The position numbers were made by a program, and so were the translations under genes. Shown piece after piece: positions 15,166 to 27,066 of a stretch of 64,000 bases of DNA (the stretch's first letter is position 1; each line of letters opens with the position of its first letter). This DNA is from Glycera tridactyla. Lineage: Eukaryota. The stretch is taken from NCBI GenBank assembly GCA_965644265.1, contig OZ286472.1, forward strand, positions 11,284,001 through 11,348,000, in the 5' to 3' direction. Under the pieces are notes generated by a model. The model was not told the origin of the DNA. It searched no databases and saw nothing but the letters and a program-made list of their open reading frames with translations.

Positions 15166-16404
15166 ACTATGACGAGAGCAATATCTGGCTCAATATTGGC
15201 TTCTTGCCCATAAAACATGATTGACTAGGGCAATCCCATCAAATGCAGGTTTGCCCTGAGCAAATCCAAGTGCTCTTAGTCACTATGGTTTCCCAGGAAA
15301 GCCATAGCAACAGAAATCTGATGAAATGATCCCTATAGGATTCACATATCCCGATGAACTCAATAAATAGACCACAAAACATGGAAACATCCCTCATCTG
15401 TAATTGTACCGTACAAATTTGGGGAATTATCGCGAGCATTTATTGGGTATAACAAGGCACTTTGTGGATTCCATCCCCCATCCACCATGGACACGACGAG
15501 CAGTGACGAGCAGTGATGAGCGGTGACGAGCGGTCAATGATCAGTTGTGGCTTACTGTAATGGGCTATTGCTGCTGGCTGCGGGATTGGGATCACTAATA
15601 AATAATGTGACATCACAAAACAAATTAGATGCACAATTATATTAGATGTCGGCCGATATGCCTGATGAGCCAGCTGCCACATCAATCTTGGGTCAGCATA
15701 TCTCACATGCTCACTTGACATTAATGAATATTGGCATCACCAAATATCAAGACAAATCAAGAGATAAAAAATAGCACCGCACCCATCCAGAACAATGACC
15801 ACATCAACAGAACTGTAAAAAGCCACAGCAGAGATGGGCAAGCCATCAGTGAAATGTCAGGTTGGGATTTTAGGCTGGCATTCGAAGTGCCTGAAACCCT
15901 GACCAGGTATTTCACTGATGAACTCTGCTGTGGTTGTTCATGGTTTGGCTGATGTGGTAATTTTGCTGGATGAATGTGGAGTTATCATTTCTTTATTCTT
16001 ATAAATGAAGATTGACTGTTATACATTGGCTCCAGTTGGGAATGTGAAGAATAGGGGAGTTGGGTACAATGTATCGCAACAATTCTTATTCTATGTCAGG
16101 TCAAATTCACTGTCCATCCAGCTTTCATTATAACTGACCATTGTTAATACTGTTAGAATTTTTTTTAATACTTTTGAGAAAAAAAAGGATTGCTCCACCC
16201 ACTTTTATCCCAAGTTCTATGCATGCTACATTGATTCATCGATGTGAATTAAGTCATGAAATGAGCACCTCTACTGAGGAAGTTCCCTCACTCTCGGCAA
16301 TATCACAGGGTGAATCTTCAACATGCATGCAGCAAAGACACTAAAGTCTGTCAAGTTCAATTGTGGTAGGTACATTTTTTGCCTCAGCTTCGTGAATTCA
16401 CATG

Positions 16405-16740
16405 GGATTTAATTGAGACTCACAGACGGACCTTGTTGACATGTCCTATGACTGATAATGTGATTACAGTGAAGTTCCCTTGTATATTTCACCTCAGAAT
16501 GCCAAATATGTTGATTTCACGCTGGTTTCATGGTGTTTTTGGCAGCACAAATAATCGCTGGCAGATTTGCCAAAAACATCGATGAAAGTTGGCATGATCC
16601 TCTTCAGGAGCATGGAGACTACCCGAAACATGGTTTGATAATCGCCTGAAGACCTATGTACACAATCCATTCATGCCACTGAGATCACACGAAAAATGGT
16701 GAATTTATTGTGTGAAACATACCTGCCACAATCGGACAAA
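16405..16740 (+). repeat. Unclassified dispersed repeat, homologous to 58960-59315
   Basis: Shared collinear blocks GATTTAA(T/A)TGAGACTCA, GTTCCCTTGTA(T/C)ATTTCACC, CCAAATATGTTGA(T/C)TTCACGCTG. Confidence 0.75.
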
Positions 16741-18089
16741 GGCAGCTTTTGTTGAACTAGCCAGCGGCATTGGATCTTGCTATATGAGGGATGACAACAC
16801 ATTTCTATTCATCTGAAGTTGATCCATGACTGTTGCTTTTATGTAGTCCCTGTCTGAATGTTTCCCCCTGGGAAAAAGGACCATAGAATGAGAGGCGATG
16901 GATAACTGACAGTAGCCGCTCAATAGATTACCGCACTTCACCAATAAAATGGTTGTCGTGTTGAACATGAAGCATAAAAGCTGAATACATATAACTCCCT
17001 CGTGGAGGAGATATGAGCCAACCACATGATGTTGAGTGTGAAAAAATTTCTATGCCAGGAACCAGAGATCCTTTCAATTTTGTCTTTCATAGAGGAACAG
17101 TCACACTCAATCCCTTCGTGAAATGGATTATTGGTGAGTGATATTAGTCCTAGCAGACAAGTAGTCATTTTGAAAATGGCAGAATTACATTTTCATTTCT
17201 TGTAAATGCAAAGATGCCTGCAAACCAGGGACCATCCATACAGACACCTCCTTACGAGATATCAGTGTTATACTTGCGAAGAGCAACAATACCTGAATGA
17301 GATCGACTCCCTATCGACCACCCACCATGTGGCAGTCGAAGCTTACGCCTGCGCCAATGAACACCTCACATATTTTACGAGCTTTAATCAATTTTGTCAC
17401 CAGGGGGCCTGCTCCAATATTGGATGTTTGGTACTGGATAAACACACCGATTTGATAATGTGAGTGGAATTTATGATGTGCGAAGGGTGAGCAAGGCAAA
17501 TCATTAACACTCATCGATGATCAGTGCTCCCCGTCTGCACCAGGGCTTAACCCACGTGGCCGGTAACTCATTCATCTTATAGAACTCACACTGATACTGC
17601 CTAACACAGAATAGCTACACAAATATTCACACAAAGGGAGATGGTTAGAATTAAACTAGCTTTCATGCTACATTAGTGGAATGCACATTTCAATTGTGTA
17701 TCATGGAATACTTTCATTCTGACCATCTCCCATTGGGTGAAATTTTTCACAAATGGTTTGGACACAAGTATAACCTGATGGAAGTCAGCTCCTGGTGGGG
17801 GTTATTCATCAGCTTTTTTGAGGCAATCTGCATAGCTCAGTGCATAAGACAGCTAGCTCAGTCACAGACTGGTTCGGTGCTTGGTGCCATGCTGAAAATC
17901 CAGGTCTAATACCACAAGAAATCGAATGGTTTCTCAGAATATAATTTGTACAATCCAATGGTGTATCATGAAAGACAGTTTTGTGCTACACAAATCCTCC
18001 CGCTTGTATACTGCCAAGCTTTGTATTTTCTGTTAGAACTGAGAGTGTTTAAGAGGAACATATAACGAATGCAGATAAGATAAAATTCC

Positions 18090-18290
18090 AAAGATCAATA
18101 AAGAAAAATGTCGCCAACACATCCCACTCATGACTGACTCAGCAACACCAAGACCAGCTGAGGCAGAGTTGGACAGGTCATCAGTGTAATACCAGGTCAG
18201 AGTTTCGGGCCTTCAAAGTCCATACCCCTTAAGAAGGGAGACCTGGCAGCCCAGCCAGGATTAAAAGAATCTTGACTTCTGTCCGGGTCT
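18090..18290 (+). repeat. Unclassified dispersed repeat, homologous to 55348-55500 in inverted orientation
   Basis: 32/38 identity for GACCAGCTGAGGCAGAGTTGGACAGGTCATCAGTGTAA, plus a shared AAGAA(G/A)GGAGAC...AAAGAATCTTGA..CTGTCC block. Confidence 0.7.
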
Positions 18291-20083
18291 AAGCCACAAC
18301 CCATCAGCAGCCAATGGATTGCATTCTTAAAAATCATCTGATTTGTTGTTGTGGATTTGATCCTGGATCTGTAGTGTGGCACCAGATGCCTAGCCTCTGT
18401 AGGAGCAAGCAGTTTCATCGACTGAGCTACTCAGTCTGACACAGAAATAGCAGTGGAATAACCCAGTCAGGAGCACACTCCACCTCCAACACTGACAGCA
18501 AGAGACCACATGTTGACCACCCAGTCATACTAGTGAACACANNNNNNNNNNNNNNNNNNNNNNNNNNNNNNNNNNNNNNNNNNNNNNNNNNNNNNNNNNN
18601 NNNNNNNNNNNNNNNNNNNNNNNNNNNNNNNNNNNNNNNNNNNNNNNNNNNNNNNNNNNNNNNNNNNNNNNNNNNNNNNNNNNNNNNATAGCAGTTCGTC
18701 ATTCATTCATTTCACGAGATGAGATGCTCATGATATTCTCATTGGAATCAATTGGTAATTATGAATGCTAACTGAGCAGTAGGTGAAATGGAATTATGCA
18801 AAACAATGGCTGCCACATCTCTCAATATAATCTGCTTAGACAGCCATTTTCTAGTGAGCCGACTCTGCAGACAATCAGGGAATCTACCATGTAGCAAATG
18901 AACAAGTCAGAGACAGACAGATGGNNNNNNNNNNNNNNNNNNNNNNNNNNNNNNNNNNNNNNNNNNNNNNNNNNNNNNNNNNNNNNNNNNNNNNNNNNNN
19001 NNNNNNNNNNNNNNNNNNNNNNNNNNNNNNNNNNNNNNNNNNNNNNNNNNNNNNNNNNNNNNNNNNNNNNNNNNNNNNNNNNNNNNNNNNNNNNNNNNNN
19101 NNNNNNNNNNNNNNNNNNNNNNNNNNNNNNNNNNNNNNNNNNNNNNNNNNNNNNNNNNNNNNNGTGGATACTGGTTCAAATTCCCAGTTAAACTGCAGTT
19201 CCTGCTAGAGTGAAACTTTCCAAAATCACCAGCAATGTTGAGACATTTTGGTCTATAAAGACAATTTGTCTTGAGGTTGGACAAGTATTTGAACAATTAG
19301 AAAATGGAATTGAGAGAACAACAATCCTTGATACAGAAACTGTATTGGGATCCATGTTTCATTCATCATAATTCATGATTTGAGGGCAACACATTTCTTC
19401 TGGAAGGCCGACCTGTTAAATCAGAATTTGAAGGACAATGGATCAAGTAAAGGATTATATCAATCTGAGAAGAAAAGGTGGAGAAATGCATGAATTGTGA
19501 GATTTTCTGTCCACATACCTACAGTAAAAGCAACACAGACTGGGCGTCCCTAGAGTTGTCAAGATTTCCGTTGATCAGACTCAAACTGAGGCTACCCAAG
19601 TAAATCTGGACATGGGTTGAACCGGGCCAATTCCAGCTATTATAGTAATGTGAATTATTTACAGTAGCTTGCAGAAACACCAGGAGGATAAAGTTTTCTT
19701 TTCAAACTCGAGTGGAGAGATCGTGCTTTCATCGGCATGACTTAGTGCATGAATAAAATGGGTCGCTTGACATGACGAGGCCTCCGTTGAGAGAACGGCG
19801 CCGGGGTGAGTTTGTAACCTGATTCATCAGAAATCAATACAAGTCAATTCAGTGGATGCGCTCAGACAGTGGTCTCATCCTATGAACAGTGATGGTGTTT
19901 TCATGTTATCGTGCTCAGCCGTGTGTTGTCCTTTGTTTATGCGAGCATGCCCCTACAGAACCCACCGCCCCACATCACTCCAAACCCGTATTTACTCGCA
20001 ACTGGATTTAAGGAGTGCGACACAATGGCGACTGCAATTCCAACACCAGGCCATGATTACTGAGCTGTCGTAAGATGACTTTT

Positions 20084-20558
20084 GACAACAATTACGCCAT
20101 GCCATCAATTGCATTCAATAATCAGTTTCTCTTTCACTGATCGACGATCACTAGATGTACCTATGCATCCAGATCATAATGATTTGTACAGTGAAACCTG
20201 TCTTGGGAGACCCTTTTTGGGAGACCACCCTTTAATGGGAGACCTCTCATCATCGGCTCTTCTCTATTTGAGATAGTCAAATATACCTTCAATGAGAGAC
20301 CACCTGTCTTGAGAGACTACTTTTTGTTGGCATTTGGGGTGGTCTCCCAAGACAGGTTTCACTGTATTCAACAGGTTTCCGATGTTCAAAGTCTAATTTT
20401 TTTGGAGGATGAGAACAATTAACGCCATGCCATCAATCACTCTCAATCATTAGTTTTTTTCTTACAGAGCGATGATCACTAGATGTGATTATGCATCCGG
20501 ATCACAATGATTTGTATTTGACAGGTTTCTGATGATCAAAGTCAATTTCTTTCTGAGG
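20084..20558. repeat. Two tandem copies of a ~149-bp unit; the first carries the family B MITE
   Basis: ACAATT(A)ACGCCATGCCATCAAT ... GATCACTAGATGT ... ATGCATCC.GATCA.AATGATTTGTA ... ACAGGTTTC.GATG.TCAAAGTC occurs twice. Confidence 0.85.
20189..20364. mobile_element. MITE family B, complete
   Basis: TA-CAGTGAAACCTGTCTTGGGAGACC ... GGTCTCCCAAGACAGGTTTCACTG-TA, with a perfect 24-bp TIR. Confidence 0.92.
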
Positions 20559-21246
20559 TTGCAATCACTGTTTTGATACTGAATGAGGTGGAACTGAGTG
20601 TGTTGTATCATATTCCACTGAAAAGTATCATGCTTTGACATTGCATACAATATCAAATATTGTGCATAATGATATATAGTTCAAATTCGAAGAAAATGAT
20701 GATGATACTTCTAAGCAGGAGCATCATTACATCATGATGCAATATCAATGTTATAATATACCATGGGGTTCACCGCAGGAATGGAACCTGATATGATGTC
20801 ATGGACAGTGGAAGAGTCTATCTAGATGCCCACTACATCACTAAAAAAACCCATGTGTACATTGCCTCTCAGGTAGTTGCCACCTCACAATAAGAGGCAA
20901 AAGTGAGTGCTCCCTGCATACTATTTGCATGTACTCATGTATAACTATATGCAGATTGGCAATGACCCAGGCTATGTGTCTTACTGACCTTGTGGCAGAC
21001 AGAAAATGACCTTCAGGTGTGAAGTCTATATGCCACTGACACATAAATTTACGTCTCGTGATGAACAGTGAGCGGTGACGCTTTCACACATATAGTGGAT
21101 GATGAATATACCTGGCAACCCCCCCCCCCCCTCCATCCCCCCCCCCCTTTTCTGCAAGCACTTCATAAAACTTCTTCTCCTTCACTTCCACTCAAACAGA
21201 CATGACGAGAGGCCATCTGTCCCGGGAGACCAAATCGCCTACAGTA

Positions 21247-21572
21247 CAGTCAAACCTGCTCATGAGACCAACTCTCTATATACAGTGAAACCTGTGACGA
21301 GAGACCCCCTGATCAGAGACCACCTACAATGGGAGACCGCTTTTCCAGGGCAACTTTTCTATCTGACAGTCGAGAGGCCACCTCTTCTGAGACTGCTTTT
21401 TGGTGGTCTCTCATCGCAGGTTTCATTGTAGGTCACCTGCCTTTCAAGATCACCCTGAGCTGTAACCATGATAGTAATGCCAATGGTGAATGACCTCTCT
21501 ATAAAGACCACCTGCCGGTGAAATTCACTTATTGGTGCGACTAAAGGTGGTCTTATCAGAAAGGATTGACTG
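21247..21572. mobile_element. MITE family A, older copy interrupted by a nested family B MITE
   Basis: TA-CAGTCAAACCTG ... GATTGACTG-TA. After removing 21283-21430 it aligns to the reverse complement of 60197-60374. Confidence 0.85.
21283..21428. mobile_element. MITE family B nested in family A
   Basis: TA-CAGTGAAACCTGTGACGAGAGACC ... CTCATCGCAGGTTTCATTG-TA. Confidence 0.85.
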
Positions 21573-24434
21573 TAAAAATTTTTGCTCGTCATGGTTTTCA
21601 TGAGTTGACCACCACCATGGCATAATTGTGTCAAATGCAATGAAAAAGAGGGAGATTATTGGATATAATGGAGGAGAGATAGAGAGGGAGGGTGGGTGGG
21701 CAAGCATGTTAGTACGTATGCATGTCAGGCATGGAGATCAAGTTGCCTTCAGAGGCCACCTGGAGTAAATCCTTTATATTGGAGACAATCAATGTAGCCA
21801 GCCCCTACTGCAGAAATGGCTTGTCTGATTGTTCTCTCCAAGATCCANNNNNNNNNNNNNNNNNNNNNNNNNNNNNNNNNNNNNNNNNNNNNNNNNNNNN
21901 NNNNNNNNNNNNNNNNNNNNNNNNNNNNNNNNNNNNNNNNNNNNNNNNNNNNNNNNNNNNNNNNNNNNNNNNNNNNNNNNNNNNNNNNNNNNNNNNNNNN
22001 NNNNNNNNNNNNNNNNNNNNNNNNNNNNNNNNNNNGTGGGCTTGGGCATTTAACACATATCATGGACCTGTTGCCTGTGCATCATGTCACTGACATGAAA
22101 TTAATAAAAAAAAAGTGTGTGTGGGGGGGGGGGGGGTAAGGGCGGTGTATGTCGCAGAGCATCATGTCATTGACTTGAAATAATTTTCATAAGTGTGTAA
22201 ATGGCTAGTGCCAGGTATCAGCATCCCAAAGCAGATTAATTCATGTTCATCATGTATTTCTATGAAACTGAGAGCAACCTATCTGCAACAGTTGTATGCT
22301 ATGGTTGACCTCGGCAAAGTTAAATGCTACAGTTCAGTTGGCATCTGTTGAGATATACATTTGTTAGGCTGGTATGATGCTCAAAGGAGGAGGAGGATGT
22401 GTCTTCTCTATTCCCCGGAGGTGTGAATGTGTTGCTCGCATGCTGAAATGCATCACACCTTTCACATCATGTCTGGCTGCCAAAATCACTCAAAGCCATG
22501 TATCAATTATTGACCTCATTTCACTGACCCATGGATTTGCTGCTTTCTGTAGTGTGGATAATCAACTACTTTGCACGTATCACATACCTTATATTGCAGT
22601 ATATAGGCCCATACCTGAAGAGACATGCACCCTCTACTTCAACCCATCAATGGTACCAGCGATAACCACTTAAAATGTGTGTCTAAGCCGGAAAATTTTG
22701 TATTACGTGATATAAACGAAAGGCCTGCATCTTTAAAAAGCGATCTTGGCGCCATTGGTATGACTAGTAAGTCACGAGTTTAAAATCCAGATAGACGCGC
22801 ATGGTACTTGCCTATTCCTTTGCGCACTAAGTGTATATTCAGCAAATATATGGTAGATTCAGATTGGTCGATTTGTCCCTTGAAAAGGAATGGAGGGGGT
22901 GCATTCNNNNNNNNNNNNNNNNNNNNNNNNNNNNNNNNNNNNNNNNNNNNNNNNNNNNNNNNNNNNNNNNNNNNNNNNNNNNNNNNNNNNNNNNNNNNNN
23001 NNNNNNNNNNNNNNNNNNNNNNNNNNNNNNNNNNNNNNNNNNNNNNNNNNNNNNNNNNNNNNNNNTAGGGTGTAGAGATTGACATTTGGATGGACTGACA
23101 GGAATGAATATTGGAAGACACGCATTCCTGGGCTGAATTTGACTGCTGAATTTGTACCATCTCACATTCCTCCATGAGACAACGATTGGCTGAGGAAAGG
23201 CTAGGTTAGCGTGAACTTCATCTGTTTCAATCAGCATAATTCGAGAGTGAAGTGCACCAAACAGCTGTTAACTGAAATGCATTCCAGATAACAGCTCCCT
23301 CGTTGAATAATAAAAGTGATATAAACGACCACCACGCCCAAACATGTCAAATCAAATGGTGTCATCTCATGCTAAAACATGGCAAATTGCTTTTCAAATA
23401 CTTGCTGCATATCAGCCCTAGCACTACACTGAACACAAGGTGCTCACTACCATGAGAAGCTGCCCAATTGCAGGATAGTTTTTTTCAAGATCTACTGCAA
23501 AGTTGACATGGTCAGACTTCTCCTAATGAGGGATACCTTTCTTCTGATAACATTTTCAATCTCATTTTATATGATTTCTCAAAAAGGATACAGAATCATG
23601 TGACTGTGAGGAAATCTCATTCTTAACCCCAAAACTAATTAGGAATCCTATCAAAAGTATCAGTCTCTGGAACGATAACAATTCATCATGTGATGAGTAC
23701 TAGAGTCTGTCTAAATGTGATGGATAAGTCTTTCAAGATCACATCTGCGATCAATGTTCAATTGGAATGAGGGTGATCTATACCCCCTTGGCATCTTCAT
23801 TGAGAGGAGATATGATCTTGGTGACAATCACAGGCATGATAACCTTGAGTGCACAAAATATGATAAAGTCAGTCATGGAGTCTTTATTGTAAGGGTAGCA
23901 GCACTATCTCTATGGTTTCCTGCATGAAAATTATGAAAGTATGAACGATGGTGAGATGAACTATTATTGAATTTGAATCTGGTATCCCCTACAATTGTAT
24001 ATACCACGTGATGCTGTATCATGAAAAGTCAGATCCAACCCAAATCCAATCCAATCCTTTTGAAATCCTTATAATCCAGCCTGATAAAGTAATAGAATTA
24101 TAGTCATCATTTTACAGGAATCTATGATTAGAACATGAGCTGAAATGTATATTTTAGCATGAAACAATGTGTCACAATTCCCTATTGAAATTCCCAAATT
24201 ACATTTTCGGAAGTCGTGCATGTGATAGAAGCAGTCGTGGTGTGATTGTGAAGAGTGAGGATTGTGTGGACTGCGTGTAATTGTGGTCCATATTTTTCAA
24301 GAATACTGCATTATTGATCGGCGAACTGTGCTCGTATACATCGATATGATGGTATGAAAAATGAAAGGCAATCATCACATTAGTGATTATTCTATACATA
24401 AGCACCACCACCGAGCATTAGACAAAGCATTCAT

Positions 24435-24458
24435 GCACACACACACACACACACACAT

Positions 24459-24511
<53 letters not shown>

Positions 24512-24630
24512 TGTAGCACACACATGCATGCATGAACATACACATGCATGCATGCATGCATGCACGCACGCACACATACACACGCACACACACACACACC
24601 TATGTATGCATGCACGCACAAACACACCCT
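24435..24630. repeat. Compound (CA)n/(CATG)n/(CACG)n microsatellite
   Basis: Direct inspection. Confidence 0.95.
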
Positions 24631-24743
24631 ATCATGCACACAAAACTCACCCTCTTCTCGACCCCCCACATCCATTTTTTCTCTCACTAATAGTTGGCCA
24701 TACCAGACATCAGAGTGAGAAATCAGTTGTAGTACTGATAGCA

Positions 24744-24856
24744 TTGTTGTCAGTGTTGATGAAGGTGGTAATGGTTCTGATGGCAGTGGTGTTGGTGCTG
24801 ATGGCCGTAGTGTTGGTATTGATGGCAGTGGTGTTGGTTTTGATGGCAGTGGTGTC
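24744..24856. repeat. 21-bp minisatellite (GTGTTGGTGCTGATGGCAGTG-like), about 4-5 units
   Basis: Visible periodicity; source of the VLMAVVL repeats in the ORF track. Confidence 0.85.
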
Positions 24857-25168
24857 TGAAATGACGTTCATATTTGCCATCATTATTCAGAGTACAGTCC
24901 AGTAGCTATTCTCACAGACTGTACACCACCTTGATGACACTATATCAAGAGGATTTTGCTATTAAGATTTTGATAATATCCGATCACATTAGAGATGCAT
25001 TGTGATACAATATTTTACAGTGTTGATTAAAAAAAAAATTAAAAATCCATCAGATGATACAAAGAGTTCAGACGGGTGCCTCCAAAATCGAGTCCACTGT
25101 GAGCAGCTATTGCCCATTTTTCATGTAATGTAGACTCAAAAATGTATTCAAGTGGTTGCTCAAGACAG

Positions 25169-25326
25169 CAGTGAAATCTATGATAAGTCACCAAAAGTGG
25201 TTTCTCAAAAGAGGTGATCTCAAACTAGAGCTATTTTTGACTCTGTCAATTTAAAAGGCTGCACAGGAAAATGGTTTCCTGTCAATGGTGGTCTCTTGTC
25301 TTGGGGTCTCTTCTCAGGTTTTGATT
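25169..25326. mobile_element. MITE family B-like, heavily diverged
   Basis: CAGTGAAATCT..., AAAAGTGGTTTCTCAAAAGAGGTG, GGTGGTCTCTTG, CAGGTTTTGA. Confidence 0.6.
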
Positions 25327-26430
25327 TATTTTGAAAAAATCTCATGCAAGAAATATAAATATGGTTGCATTAAGGAATATAGCTGTGCAATACAGTGGTT
25401 GCTCAATGCAGGTTGACTTGTACATGCATCTCAATCCAGGCACTCAAGGAATAAGACTTCCTCAATTTATCGTGTTTGTTTGTGCCATCTGTACCCATGT
25501 ACATGACCTGGAGATGGGGTAGAGTGTCATATCCCACCCCAGAAGAACTCTCCAAGGCACAAATGGTATTGAACTCATGACACTATGATTGAGGAATGAC
25601 TCTGGTATCTAGCTAACAATAGTTCCCAGGCAAAAACAGTTTGCAATGCATGTAGGTGGATTTTGTAGAAAAGAAATGCATTTGTTGGGCATAATGGAGA
25701 ATAGACAGACTTGTGGCCAGGTATTGGACAACCTCAATGACGGCCTTAAGACCCTGATGACATCAAGAGATGATGCTGCACCCTGCATATTGATCCGACA
25801 GATATTGATATGACACCCACTTCTTCGGCCCTCTGACGAGCAATCACCACAGTCCTGCATGTTTCTGTCAAATTGATGTGCACCGAATAATCCACAATGC
25901 ACAAGTCAAACAGAAACCCTGAGAAATCAGCGTATATAGGCTTATCTAACACTACGATAGATGGAGTTTTCATATATTGGCTGTAGGATTTTGTCATCAA
26001 AATTCGACAAAATAAAATATGCAATGGCATTTTTCATCAGTTGATGGTCCTTTGTAGGGGTACCTCTTCCTGAAGATTCTCCTGTAAGTCACATATCATA
26101 TAAAAGAACTAAGGATTATTTTTGTTGTGTGCGTGTACATACACATGAGCATGCATGCACGCACCCACACACAATGGGTTCGTGAAGGCGAATGTGACAG
26201 AGCTAAAATATGAAATTTCCACTCGATTCCAATGATGCATTCTAGTATTTTTTTCGTATATCATGGATACATCGACCCTTTACAGCACAGTAAGATGTGC
26301 TATGATGTGCATCCCGGAGCAGATAATAAATGAGAAAATATGGGTAAGTGTGTACTTTCACAAGGATTTTCATACTGGCAGAATGACGGCAGTATATTAC
26401 AATGTTTGGTTTGTTCACTCATCATAGTAC

Positions 26431-26462
26431 CCTCCTCCTCCTCCTCCTCCTCCTCCTCCTCT
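26431..26462. repeat. (CCT)n microsatellite
   Basis: Direct inspection. Confidence 0.95.
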
Positions 26463-26904
26463 ACGTGTATCCCTATACTCAACCAGCCATCATGGTGGAA
26501 CTATCAGAAAAATCATGAAGCAGTTTTTGCATATTTACAGAGAAACTTCTCACAAACACATTCATATTCTATTTGTGCTAATACAATAAATAACTTTTAC
26601 ATGACTGCTTTTTTTCTCTGACAATGTTTGGTTTGCTTACGGCACGATGTGTCCATAGTAATGGTGGTTTTTCACTCCCCTTATCCATGCACATCTCTCA
26701 CTCATGGAAAAACTATCAAAAATACCATTTTCACATGCTTGTGTTGAAACTGTTCACAAACACATACATATTCTAGCTGTGAGGCATGATGTATGTTTTT
26801 CTGTGACAATAGTCTGTTCATGGCAAGATGTCATCATGATGCTGGTTTTCTATCCCCTTTTCCATTCATATTACTGTACATAACCAGCTGTCATGGAAAC
26901 ACTA

Positions 26905-27066
26905 CAGTAAAACCTGCAACAAGAGACTGCCCTAAACGTCACCAAAAAGCGGTCTCTCAAAAGAGGTGGTCTCTCGTCAGAGGTATATTTGACTTTATCA
27001 AATCGAAAAGGTGCCCTGAAAAAGTGCTCTCCCATTGGAGGTGGTCTCTCGTCGCAGGTTTCACTG
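26905..27066. mobile_element. MITE family B variant, complete
   Basis: TA-CAGTAAAACCTGCAACAAGAGAC ... GTCTCTCGTCGCAGGTTTCACTG-TA. Confidence 0.88.

Noticed and set aside
15770-15860. VDVVIVLDG / FTDG resemblance to a vWA domain (minus strand)
   Set aside because: The motifs are in the wrong order and spacing, lack DxSxS, and are bounded by stops.
18330-18400. WCHTTDP resemblance to a kringle motif (minus strand)
   Set aside because: No flanking YCRNPD or W-x-x-C, and a stop follows closely.
19164-19200. B-box-like GGTTCAAATTCC (tRNA/SINE)
   Set aside because: Upstream sequence is an N-gap, so no A-box or cloverleaf can be verified.
22374-22673. KGGGGCVF ... YIAVYRP as an APE remnant
   Set aside because: Spacing is ~20 aa longer than in real APE domains and no other APE motifs are present.
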